A DNA stretch of 39,136 bases, from positions 1 to 39,136 of the forward strand of contig NW_021835717.1 in the NCBI RefSeq assembly GCF_006345805.1, in the 5' to 3' direction. The position numbers and the translations under genes were made by a program. Of the stretch, positions 9,728 to 21,335 are shown in pieces (the first letter of the stretch is position 1; each line of letters begins with the position of its first letter). The stretch comes from Octopus sinensis (lineage: Eukaryota). The notes under the pieces are model-generated. The model did not search any database and had not been told where the DNA came from. It saw nothing but the letters and a program-made list of their open reading frames with translations.

Positions 9728-10705
9728 CAAATTTGTCTTGTAGCAGGTAAATATTAAGCATTGATTAAATAATTAACACCTGTCAGAACCTTTGTATTCT
9801 TTTCGATTAACCCTCATCCAACCGTGTTAAGGGATCTATACCAGCGGTTTTCTTCGTATATTGTTGTTATTTCCAAAGAAATAATTATAATTCGATAAAC
9901 TAAATTTTTAATTCAAGGCTCTTTGTTTTTACAATATATGCTACAAGCTTCAGACATTTTTAGTAATTTGCTGGGTTTGCAGAAAAGGGCTGTGTCCAAG
10001 GCCTTCACAGTTCCTCCAAGACTTATGGGAGTGATTCCATTAATGTTGCTCATGATTCTTTGTAAATCAATAAGAAAGACTTTTAGCACGGTGGGAATTC
10101 CAGAGGATTGAAGTTCTTGCAAGAAAGGACTGGTTTTAGCAATGCCGGGCCCCTGGACCTTGAAATTACGAATAGAAATTCATTTAACGAGATTCCATAC
10201 AATACGCTTTTCCCCAATTTCACTCTCAAGGTTTGGGTCAAACCGAGGCTACTAAAAACAAATACTTGCCTCAATGGCAACATAGCGATATCGAATCTGG
10301 GGCCCGAACCATTCGACCCTGCTACATCTGCTAAGTTCCCGGTAACTGTGTCGTATTAAATAAATATTCTAGTCTGAGTGTCGTTTTAAATAAATATTCC
10401 TGTAACAGAATGAAACACTTATAACAAATGGAAAACACTTTGAAGGACAACTGCTGTTTTCCATTATCTGAGTGTTCTGTTTTTTTTTATTCTAAAGCTT
10501 TCTGTTGTGGCTGTCAGCCATTTGCAGTGATTCAGATCCGAATGGCGTGCTACAAACTCACTGCGCTTGTTTTGAAAAACAAAACCAGATTTTAACCAAA
10601 CAGAAGTTAGCTTTGTTTCATTATTTATTACTCATTTGCATTTATACCATCCTGACAGGGGTGTATCTCATTTTTAAATATTTACATGAGCTACAGTACG
10701 CTATG

Positions 10706-11094
10706 TTTTACTTGTCTCAGTCATTTGACTGTGGCCATGCTGGAGCACCGACTTTAGTCGAGCAAATCGACCCCGGGACTTATTCTTTTGTAAGCCCAGT
10801 ACTTATTCTATCGGTCTCTTTTGCCGAACCGCTAAGTGACGGGGACGTAAACACACCAGCATCGGTTGTCAAGCAATGCTAGGGGGACAAACACAGACAC
10901 ACAAACACACACACACATACATATATATACATATACACATATACGACAGGCTTCTTTCAGTTTCTGTCTACCAAATCCACTCACAAGGCATTGGTCGGCC
11001 CGGGGCTATAGCAGAAGATGCCACGCAGTGGGACTGAACCCGGGACCATGTGGTTGGTTAGCAAGCTACTTACCACACAGCCACTCCTGCGCCT
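10706..11094 (-). mobile_element. Family C SINE (small internal deletion)
   Basis: Near-identical to the 8029-8451 copy. Confidence 0.93.
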
Positions 11095-11289
11095 ATATAA
11101 TTTTTATGTTTAATTTTTATGTGAATTACTAAAGCAGGCGAGAACTTAAATACAATGAACTTACATTCCACCTTGACATATCATGAGACGTGTTGTCTGC
11201 TCACTGGTAACACAATGTCCTCTTCTAATTCTAAGTTCGACAAAGATTATTTTGAGAAGGTGCTTAAAATGTTATTTCTAATTTAGAAA

Positions 11290-11550
11290 CAAGGGCATTT
11301 TTTTAATGTGGTGGTGGGCGGGGGAAGGTTAATCGAGATTATTGGCCTCAATGTTTGAGCAGTACTTTATTTTATCGAGCCAACAAAGACGAAAAGCAAA
11401 GTTTATCATAGTGCGGTTCGATCTCAGAAGGTAAAGTGCCTAAGCAAATGCTGCGAGATAATTTCTTCGTTGCTCTAATGCAGTGATCCTCAACCTCGTC
11501 CAGGAATCGAAACCACAATCTTATGATTATGGGTCCAATACTCTAATCGC
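11290..11550 (-). mobile_element. Degraded B-type SINE plus D-type head fragment
   Basis: Residual TTTATCGAG...AAAGCAAAGTT...TCGATCTCAGAA; CCAGGAATCGAAACCACAATCTT...CTAAGCCACGCACCTCCAC. Confidence 0.6.
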
Positions 11551-11664
11551 TAAGCCACGCACCTCCACTGCAACAAGATGAACTTATCAGAATATATCTA
11601 AAGACCAGGTGGTGATTTAAAACTGGTTAATGAGTTTATCGGCCAACAACAGGAATGGTCTCTC

Positions 11665-11826
11665 TAATTGGTTCCTATTGTTTCTGTCAGCTAAATTTCA
11701 CTTGCAAAGCGTGGCTCGACATGAGCTTACGATAAATGATAAGTCGGAAGTGCTGCGCCAGAGAATCGAACACAAAACCCAAGTAGTTTTGAAGTAAACC
11801 TCTTAACCACACAGCTATACCTGCAT
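11665..11826 (-). mobile_element. Highly degraded family C SINE head
   Basis: GTTTCTGTCAGCTAAATTTCACTTGCAAAGC...TTAACCACACAGCTATACCTGCAT resembles the reverse complement of the C head. Confidence 0.55.
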
Positions 11827-12013
11827 TTGAAGGTGAAGGTATAGGGAAATGAAACTGAAATTAGACCATTCAGAATTAGGATTTATAGAAGTAACAAGTG
11901 TAAGACAATGGTAACAAACTCTTGCCGAGGGTGTTAACAAAGGGATCGAGCCCAACGTATTTCTGAGACGAACTTCTGAACTACAGGGCCATGCTGGTGC
12001 CACTTATACACTT

Positions 12014-12134
12014 ATACACGGCCATATCACGTTGAAAGCACCGGTTCTCGTCCGATCACCGAAGTTAAGCAACATCGAGCCTAGTTTGTACTTAGATGGG
12101 TGACCGCTTGGGAAACCTAAGTGCTGTAAGCATT
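12014..12134 (+). pseudogene. 5S rRNA-derived sequence (full length, ~10-15 substitutions) without a TTTT terminator
   Basis: ACGGCCATATCACGTTGAAAGCACCGGTTCTCGTCCGATCACCGAAGTTAAGCAACATCGAGCCTAGTTTGTACTTAGATGGGTGACCGCTTGGGAAACCTAAGTGCTGTAAGCATT matches metazoan 5S; box A (AGTTAAGC) and box C (TACTTAGATGGGTGACCG) are recognisable. Confidence 0.95.
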
Positions 12135-12140
12135 CCATTC

Positions 12141-12198
12141 AAATGGCGGTGCCCCAGCATGGCCACAGCTCGTGAGCTGAAACTAGATAAAATAAAAT
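12141..12198 (+). mobile_element. Family C-type retroposon 3' tail fused to the 5S copy
   Basis: AAATGGCGGTGCCCCAGCATGGCCACAGCTCGTGAGCTGAAACTAGATAAAATAAAAT versus C tail AAAGGCGGTGCTCCAGCATGGCCGCAGTCAAATGACTGAAACAAGTAAAAG. Confidence 0.88.
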
Positions 12199-12492
12199 AT
12201 TATAGGAGGGTAAAGACGTGAACCGAAATATTGACACACAACTCTGGTTTTCAGGGAATTGAAATACAAGCTGGAGCACCTGAATATATTCACAGTTAGG
12301 ATATAAAGAGAAAAGGGAGCTGATGCCGTAGTAAAAGACACTGTGGGTGTTACGTAAAGGGATCGAACTCCGACGTAATTCTGAAGGGTTTTGAAACGAC
12401 CTTCTTAACCACGCGGCCCCTGACGAAGACAATTCGAAAAGAAACGTTTCACTCGCAACGTTTTAGTTTTCATGGAATTGAAAGTTAAAATA

Positions 12493-12725
12493 TATTTCTT
12501 TACTACCCACAAGGGGCTAAACACAGAGGGGACAAACAAGGACAGACAAATGGATTAAGTCGATTATATCGACTCCAGTGCGTAACTGGTACTTAATTTA
12601 TCGACCCCAAAAGGATGAAAGACAAAGTCGACTTCGGAGGAATTTGAGCTCAGAACGTAACGGCAGACGAAATACGGCTACGCATTTCGCCCGGCGTGCT
12701 AACGTTTCTGCCAGCTCGCCGCCTT
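12493..12725 (-). mobile_element. Full-length family A SINE with 16-bp TSD
   Basis: TSD ATTGAAAGTT(A/G)AAATA at 12477-12492 and 12726-12741. Confidence 0.95.
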
Positions 12726-12944
12726 ATTGAAAGTTGAAATAAGACCACAAGAGGTTATTCAGTGCTAGGATTTCTAAAGAAAATTGGCAGCAATCTTCAA
12801 TTGGAATTGGTTTTGTTCAGCATCTTACCTTTAAGATAATTATATAATGAGATATGATATAGTTGTCACAATCACATCGTTGCCCTTTACTAAAAGAGTT
12901 CTCTTGGTGCAAGTGTACTATACAACTATTACTACAAATACTAC

Positions 12945-12952
12945 TACTACAA

Positions 12953-13021
<69 letters not shown>

Positions 13022-13084
13022 TCTACTACTACTACTACTACTAATAATAATAATAATAATAATGATAGTAATACAACTACTACA

Positions 13085-13136
<52 letters not shown>
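12945..13136. repeat. Compound (TAC)n-(AAT)n-(TAC)n microsatellite
   Basis: Direct reading; source of the poly-T/poly-Y ORFs. Confidence 0.97.
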
Positions 13137-13309
13137 GCTCCAGATGTTATGGCGTGGCCACAGTTAATGAAGGAAGCGCAAGTAATTTAAAAGAAGCTGA
13201 GAAAGTCAGGTGGTATCTATTATTCAGCTTTCACACCGGAGAAGGTGGAGTGAAGGTGGGACAAACGAATGAATGGTGGCTGTTTCTTATCTTAACATTC
13301 TTGCGACAC

Positions 13310-13620
13310 AAGGCGGCGAGCTGGCAGAATCGTTAGCACACCGGGCGAAATGCGTGGGTAGTAGCCCCTTGTGGGTAGTAAAGAAATAGGTATTTCGTCT
13401 GTCTTTACGTTCTGAGTTCAAATTCCGCCGAGGCCGACTTTGCCTTTCATCCTTTCGGGGGTCGATGAATTAAGTACCAATTGCGTGCTGGGGTCGAACT
13501 TTGACTTTTATTCTCCAGCACGGCCGTGGCCTTCGGGCTGAAACATTTTAAAGGATTTTAAGGATTTAAGTCGATAAAATAAATACCAGTTGAACATAGG
13601 ATTCGATGTGATCGAATAGG
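13310..13620 (+). mobile_element. Family B SINE interrupted by a 34-nt family A tail (13355-13388) and a C-type tail fragment (~13510-13567)
   Basis: Head to AAATGCG, then TGGGTAGTAGCCCCTTGTGGGTAGTAAAGAAATA, then GGTATTTCGTCTG...; later CTCCAGCACGGCCGTGGCCTTCGGGCTGAAAC. Confidence 0.85.
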
Positions 13621-13794
13621 ATCGCGGGACTGGCCCAGTTTCGAGCCTTCGCTCCCCCTGCTAGCGATGTATAAAGGGTGCAGAGCGTTGCACAGAAAAC
13701 CAGCTGGTGGAGAATCTGCCTGGGGTTAAACCAGTGCTAACATTCAACTGCCACTTTGAGGTGGCTACTCGCTTTATTGTTTATATATATATAT

Positions 13795-14001
13795 CTTTTA
13801 TCTTTTACGTGTTTCTGTCATTAGACTGCGGCCAAGATGGGGCACCGCTTTGAAGAACAGTTTGTCGAGTGAATAGACATGGCTTTGGTCGGCCCGAGGC
13901 TATAGTAGAAGACACGTGCCCAAGGTGCCACGCAGTGGGACTGAACCTGGAACCATGTGGTTGGGAAGCAAGCTTTTTACTACACAACCACGTCTGTGCC
14001 T
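13795..14001 (-). mobile_element. Internally deleted, older family C SINE
   Basis: Tail (13795-13880) joined directly to the head/CORE part. Confidence 0.85.
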
Positions 14002-14009
14002 ATATATAA

Positions 14010-14065
14010 ATGTGTGTGTGTGTGTGTGTGGTGTGAGTGTGTGTGTGTGTGTGAGTGTGTGTGTG

Positions 14066-14128
<63 letters not shown>

Positions 14129-14370
14129 TGTGTGTGTGTGTGTGTGGTGTGAGTGTGTGTGTGTGAGTGTGTGTGTGGTGTGAGTGTGTGGTGTGAGTGT
14201 GTGTGTGTATGTGTGAGTGTGTGGTGTGAGTGTGTATGTGTGGTTGTGTGTGTGTGTGTGGTGTTAGTGTGTATGTGTGTGTGTGAGTGTGAGTGTGTGT
14301 GTGTATGAGTGTGTGTGTGTGTGTATGGTGTGAGTGTGTGTGTGTAATGGCGTAAGGATATAAAGAGGTA

Positions 14371-14433
<63 letters not shown>
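14010..14433. repeat. Interrupted (GT)n array followed by (AAAG)n
   Basis: Direct reading. Confidence 0.96.
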
Positions 14434-14435
<2 letters not shown>

Positions 14436-14764
14436 ACGAGACAGAAAGGAAATGTAAGATCATTAATGGAAAGAAAAGCACCATGGGAACAAACAGCTTT
14501 TATGGTATCATACAGTTTTCTTCTCTCTGCTATTTCTGTTTTCCGTATCTTTATTAATTCTGTTTTCCATATCATCTGAAACGCCAGATGACATGCTTCT
14601 TCCTTCAGCGGATTAAACACCATTGTACAATTCCGTGTGCCCCCTTTCTCTCAACTCTATAGGGGGTGCCTCCCTCTCCAGCCATTTTGTATGTCATTCA
14701 GCCACCATCTTCATTACACCGGCCGGAAAATGCAATCGAAAATAGTTAACTTGGGAGAGAGAGT

Positions 14765-14813
<49 letters not shown>

Positions 14814-16168
14814 GTGGAAAGAGATAGACAATTTGAGAGATTAGAAAACAAAAAGATAAAAAGATAGAAAGAAAATGAGAGAGAGAGAGAGAGAGATGGG
14901 AAGAGAGAGGTAGACAGTGAAAGAGATGAAATAGGTAGATAGAAGGGGAGAGAGAGTGAGAAAACCAGAGATTGACAGAGACACAGAAAAGTAATTTATG
15001 GATTTAGGATCCTGAATATCACTGGGTAAATCTGTTCCTGTGAAGAAATGTTTCACACCAAATCATGTGATTCTTACCCTCTTACCTTCCCCAACCTTCA
15101 TATCCTTCATGTCCGCATCCTCCAACATTCTTTTGTCCCGGAATTGACCTCACCTGCTTTCTTTATTGCTAAGTGTACGTGTTTTTAAGGGAATTAAGAA
15201 ATTTTAGGTATGTTATTTATGCTGTCCCCCAATTATAAAACTCTGGACGATCGCAAACTTTACCTAGTATGTAGCACTGGTCCTGAATGCTCTATAATGT
15301 TAGAAAGACGAGACCGACTCAATTTTCCTTAACCTATGGTATCAATGATAATGTTTTTGGGAGAGCGTTGGAAAAACGGTAGGAAGTGAAAGCACTAAAC
15401 AGAGGCTTGATCATTAGGCATTAATATGAAAGTTAATACTTTGGAAGCAAAAACTTTCTAAGCTATATCAGTAAGTTGATATGCGAGGTTGTTTAGCGGA
15501 GACAAAAACCGCTGCAAAGAACGAAGCAATTCGCTCGGTTTTTTAAAAAATGTCAAATAATTTCATGTTAAAATCTGATGCAGAAAAAATATATTTAGCT
15601 TGCTTAAACTTGTTCCTCTAGGACCACGGTGAAGTTCACAAAATTAAACCAGATGAACAAACAATTGAACAGAAAAAATGTGGTGTTGTGTTCGTCAATT
15701 TCCGGTGACAAAATATTACTGTGAGAAATCTAAGAACATTGCAAGAATTTGGTGATAGCTTGACATAATTAGAAAGAAAGCAGCATATTTTATCCCTACA
15801 CATGGGTCACAGAAGTACCAAGCCTTACTAAAATGCCAAAAAATTATTTATTATAAAGGACAACATGAGAGAGGGCGACCGCAATATATTACCATATTAA
15901 AAGTGAGAAGAGGGAAAAACAAAGGTTACGGCTGCCGTAATGGAATTCAGTAAGTCAAAAGTACTCGTATATATTTCAAATATTTTTTTTTACAATATTA
16001 CTATTTATACTGACATTTAAAGTCCTTAAGACATTTATGTTGAGGAAGGAAGCCAGCTGGATGAATGAGGGGTGCTGTTGGGAAACAGTGACCGAAATCC
16101 AAGGCGCAGCCTCTTCGTTAATACACTGGAAGTATAAGTTAGAAGAAACATTATATGAAAAAAATCAT

Positions 16169-16587
16169 AGGCGCAGGAGTGGCTGTGTGGTAAGTAGCTT
16201 GCTAACCAACCACATGGTTCCGGGTTCAGTCCCACTGCGTGGCACCTTGGACAAGTGTCTTCTGCTATAGCCCCGGGCCGACCAATGCCTTGTGAGTGGA
16301 TTTGGAAGACGGAAACTGAAAGAAGCCTGTCGGATATATGTATATATATATGTATGCGTGTGAGTGTTTGTGTGTCTGTGTTTGTCCCCCCTAGCATTGC
16401 TTGACAACCGATGCTGGTGTGTTTACGTCCCCGTCACTTAGCGTTTCGGCAAAAGAGACCGATAGAATAAGTTCTGGGCTTCCAAAGAATAAGTCCCGGG
16501 GTCGATTTGCTCGACTAAAGGCGGTGCTCCAGCATGGCCGCAGTCAAATGACTGAAACAAGTAAAAGAGTAAAGAGAGAGTAAAGAG
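16169..16587 (+). mobile_element. Full-length family C SINE
   Basis: AGGCGCAGGAGTGGCTGTGTGG...GACTGAAACAAGTAAAAGAGTAAAGAG. Confidence 0.95.
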
Positions 16588-16943
16588 TATATTGACCTGG
16601 TTATCAGGTGTATCAATGTGTAACTAGTATTTGTAAAGAATCACACGGCTTCACCGTAAAACCGCCCAACGGTTTTATAACGGAAGATGATTGTTGAGGG
16701 CAGAAAGCGTGGGTTGAAGAGATTATGCAGTAAAGTTGCGAATTTATGAAGGAGGGCTTCCCCAGAGAATATTGCACCAGAACGAGATTAATCTATTCAA
16801 ACGGAGCTCCCCCCGTACACAACAACAACAACAACAAAATCAATATCACACAATACGTTTGCTGTACGAGTGTTAATATTCGATATTGGAAACAAGATGA
16901 GATCCGAGCCATTGATGTATGAACGCGAGCGCCCCCCCCACAA

Positions 16944-16944
<1 letters not shown>

Positions 16945-16980
<36 letters not shown>

Positions 16981-17032
16981 AAGAGAAAGGCAGAGACAAT
17001 TTTGTATATGTGCGTATATATGTATATATAAA

Positions 17033-17068
<36 letters not shown>

Positions 17069-17978
17069 GTATGTATGTGTGTGATGTGTGTGTGTGTGTG
17101 TGTGCGTATATCTGTACAAAGATATATATATATATATATATATAGCATGTATGTATGTATGCATGTATGTATGTAAGTATGCATTTCTATTTAACTAGCT
17201 GGCTGTCTATGTATGTATATATATGTATATATATTATATATATATATATATATAATATATAATATATATATATATAATATATATATATATATAATATATA
17301 TAAATATATATATATTAATATATATATATATATGCATATATATATTATATATATTATGTTGGTCTGGGGGGATTCATTCTCTTTTAGTGCCTTATAATTT
17401 AACACACTCACCGGTAAAATTTCCACTCATTTACTTATTTAATATATACATACATTATTTTTATATGTGTGTGTATGTATGTATGTATGTATGTATATAT
17501 ATATGTATATATGTATATATATATATATGTATGTAAGTGTGTGTGTATGTATGTATGTATGTATGTATGTATGCATGTATGTATGTATGTATGTATGCAT
17601 GTATGTATGTATGTATGTATGTATGTATGTATGTATGTATGTATGTATGTGTGTATGTACGTACGTACTGGCTACTACAACCATGAGCTTTCACATCAGT
17701 AACGGTATTGACCAGTTGACCACCAGCGGCTGTTCAAAAGAAGACAAAGCAGAGAGAGAGAGAGAGAGAGAGAGAGTCCTGACATAAAAAAAAGCCAGCA
17801 TTACTGAAATGTCGCATTGCATCCATTGGACGTCACAGGCGAGGAGAGACGAACAGCAGTGCAGAAGGATGGAAGGAAGCGAGAAGGAAGCGTGAAGGTT
17901 GGGAAAGACCTTGGTCAGTCGATAGCCAAGCGTTGATCGCCAGAAACATGTTTTATTGGACACTCAACAGAAACAATT

Positions 17979-18033
<55 letters not shown>

Positions 18034-18251
18034 GGAGTTCATTCCCATTCAGGAAAGACGTTTCGCACTAACGCCTGAATGTGCATGCATCTATGTATGT
18101 ATACATGTATGTATGTATGTATGTATGTGTGTATGTGTGTATGTGTGTATGTATGAATGTATGTATGTATGTATGTATGTATGTATGCATGTATGTATGT
18201 ATGTGTGTATGTATGTATGTATGTATGTATGTATGTATGTTTGTATGTATG

Positions 18252-18306
<55 letters not shown>

Positions 18307-18320
18307 ATACATACATACAA
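16945..18320. repeat. Cluster of (AT)n, (GA)n, (GT)n and (ATGT)n microsatellites with short unique spacers
   Basis: Direct reading. Confidence 0.9.
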
Positions 18321-19133
18321 AAGTGCATGCCACTCAACACATACAGGTGTACGAAACAACACATTCTTTGCAAGTGATACGTAAATATTAATTGCTGGAC
18401 ACAGTATTTCATTTCGCGTTAGTGCTGAAGAAAGAGCAATAGGTCTTCGATCGCATTCGTTATATAGATATATTCGTTTGCGAAACGTCAGTACTTTGCA
18501 AAAGTCGCTCTGAATTTTATCGAAAACCTATAGAGATTAACTTAATAATGCAAATACACAGGCTCTGTTAGAATTATCTGATGGTTAATTAGAGTATTCT
18601 TTCTACCTTTAGGCTTCTTGTTGTTGACTAATACCAGGTGTATTCCTCGGTGCGTCTGACTACTTCCTTATTATTACTCCCAGTTTCCCGTTGTCGATTC
18701 GATCTCCGGATAATAGGGGTCTGAAGATGGACGACGAGAAACCTCGGAGGGACTATAACCGAATTGCTAATATTCAACTTCAATACATATTCAATATGTA
18801 TGTATATATATATATATATATATATAAATATGATATATATACATATAAATAAATAAGTGGAGTTTAACGCAGGTATAAATCAAATACTTTTACTTTCGAC
18901 ACTTGTTTCGAAGATTTCACTGATATTATTCAAAAGAATAAATGGTATAAAATAATGCAATCTTCTCTTCAGGGAAGTGAAAAAACGAAACTCGTCAATA
19001 AGACATTTTAGCAAAAATATATATTGCAACGGGGGAAACCTGAAGCAGAAAAAGCTATAAATTATAGCGTATAAACATTAAGTCAAAACCTTTTTGATAA
19101 AAATTACGAAGACTACCGAAACCAATACATATT

Positions 19134-19147
19134 TGTGTGTGTGTGTG

Positions 19148-19205
<58 letters not shown>

Positions 19206-19245
19206 GTGTGTGTGTGTGTGTATTTATGTATCTATCTATCTACAT

Positions 19246-19285
<40 letters not shown>

Positions 19286-19300
19286 GTACGTATGTGTATA
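19134..19300. repeat. (GT)n/(CA)n/(AT)n compound microsatellite
   Basis: Direct reading. Confidence 0.95.
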
Positions 19301-19904
19301 TGCATACACATACAGACAGACTGGCAGACTGGCAGACCGACAGACATATCTGTGTGTACGTAGGTATGTGTACATATGTACTTGTGTGTACGAGTGTTTG
19401 TTTATTCTGCATTAATAAAATATACGAAGGTATGTATATATATATATGTGTGTGTGCGCGTAGATATGTATATGCGTGTGTGTGTGTGTATGTGTGGTGT
19501 GTGTGTATGTGTGTGTATTCGTGAATATGGATGTATAGACATGCACCTGTGCGGGCGAGCGTGAGAGAGTTTGTGCTATTCGCCATTAATAAGATATGAA
19601 GCCAGAAGCGAGTGACGACCAACATCCCCCATCCCGTTAATTATCATGAATGTTGAACGATCTTTGATTATTCGATGTGGATACCATGAAAAGAAGTGAT
19701 CAATTTTCTCACCTGTCTGACTCTATTCAAAGGTGTATCAATCAGCCAAAATAAATAAATAGATGAAAATAAAACATACTTTCCACTGTCTCTCAGACAT
19801 GTTCTTACTTGAAAGGAACTCCCGACAAACGTAATACTATCGTTCTAGTTTTAAGTCCGTTTTAGTCAGTCGGTTTCGTGCTGCATTCAAACGCTTTTAT
19901 TACT

Positions 19905-20465
19905 TGCGGCAGATAAGAACCACCGCATATTTCAGGAGGCATCCCTCGGGTCTTTTTTCATATTGCTAGTTTAATAATCTTCTGGATTTTTAAGATTATA
20001 TATGTGTAAAATATCAAGATTTAAAATTGTTGATATGCATAAAAAGTAACGTTTTAAATTACCGTTGCTTGGCAGATGAAAACCACCATATTTTTTAATT
20101 TGGAATCCCCGGGGCTTAATTCTTGATATTAGTTTGTTTATTTGTCTTTTACATTTATAAATGTTAAATGGCTGCTTGTAAAACATCGAAAGTTAAAATG
20201 GCTGGCACCTATGAAAAGAAGCTCTTTGAGTTATCCTAACTCGATAGATAAAATCCTTCGCATATTTCATGAGGATCTGTTAGGGTTTATTTCTTAATTT
20301 TAAGCTTGCAAGTCTATGGATTTTTTCTGAATATATATTTTTGAAACAGCGAAATTTGAGATGACTGGCAACTATGAAAATTAGCGCTTTAGATTGTTAC
20401 TCGACCGATAAAAACCACCATATTTTTCGTAAGATTCCCTTAGGATCTATTTCTTAATATTAAAC
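19905..20465. repeat. Degenerate tandem array, ~160-172-bp unit x4
   Basis: GAT(A/G)A-x-AACCACC / CATATTT motif recurs at ~19910, 20073, 20245 and 20405. Confidence 0.7.
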
Positions 20466-20475
20466 TCGGAAAGGG

Positions 20476-20915
20476 CGGCTAGCCGGCATTGTTGTCAGCA
20501 TGCCGGGGAAACATGCTTCACTACATTTCGTCCGTCTTTACGTTCTAAGTTCAAATACCTATTTCTTTATTACCCACAAGGGGCTAAACACAGAGGGGAT
20601 AAACAAGGATAGACAAACGGATTAAGTTGATTGCATCGACCCCAGTGCGTGACTGGTACTTAATTTATCGACCCGAAAAGAATGAAAGGCAAAGTTGACC
20701 TCGGCGGAATTTGAACTCAAAACGTAGCGGCAGACGAAGTACCGTTAAGCATTTCGACCGGCGTGCTAACGTTTCTGCCAGCTCACCACCGAGGTTGACT
20801 ATGCCGTTCATCCTTTCAAGGTCGATAGAATTAAAAGCAGTTGAATACTGGGGTCGATGAAATCGACTGGGCCCCTCCCCTCAAATTTCAGGCCTTGTGC
20901 CAAAATTTTAACTCA
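20476..20915 (+). mobile_element. Family B SINE split by an inverted family A insertion
   Basis: Head to GTTCAAATACC (20559); the body resumes at ACCGAGGTTGAC (~20788). Confidence 0.82.
20560..20790 (-). mobile_element. Full-length family A SINE nested in B (opposite orientation)
   Basis: TATTTCTTTATTACCCACAAG...CAGCTCACCACC. Confidence 0.93.
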
Positions 20916-20932
20916 GTATTAAGCTTGAAGGT

Positions 20933-21335
20933 TACTCTTTACTCTCTTTTACTTCTTTTACTTGTTTCAGTCATTTGACTGCGGCCATGCTGGAGCACCG
21001 CCTTTAGTCGAGCAAATCGACCCCGGGACTAATTCTTTGGAAGCCCAGTACTTATTCTATCGGTCTCTTTTGCCGAACCTTGCGGTTCGGGGACGTAAAC
21101 ACACCAGCATCGGTTGTCAAGCAATGCTAGGGGGACAAACACAGACACACAAACATATACACACATACATATATACGACAGGCTTCTTTCAGTTTCCGTC
21201 TACCAAATCCACTCACAAGGCATTGGTCGGCCCGGGGCTATAGCAGAAGACACTTGCCCAAGATGCCACGCAGTGGGACTGAACCCGGAACCATGTGGTT
21301 GGTTAGCAAGCTACTTACCACACAGCCACTCCTGC
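20933..21335 (-). mobile_element. Family C SINE
   Basis: Near-identical to the other C copies. Confidence 0.94.

Noticed and set aside
12014-12134. Functional 5S rRNA gene
   Set aside because: Solitary, with helix-disrupting substitutions (e.g. 5' ATAC, GAGCCTAGTTTG), no TTTT terminator, and fused to a retroposon tail.
16622-16675. ACTAG plus two small hairpins as a possible Helitron/Helentron end
   Set aside because: Spacing is atypical and no matching opposite terminus was found.
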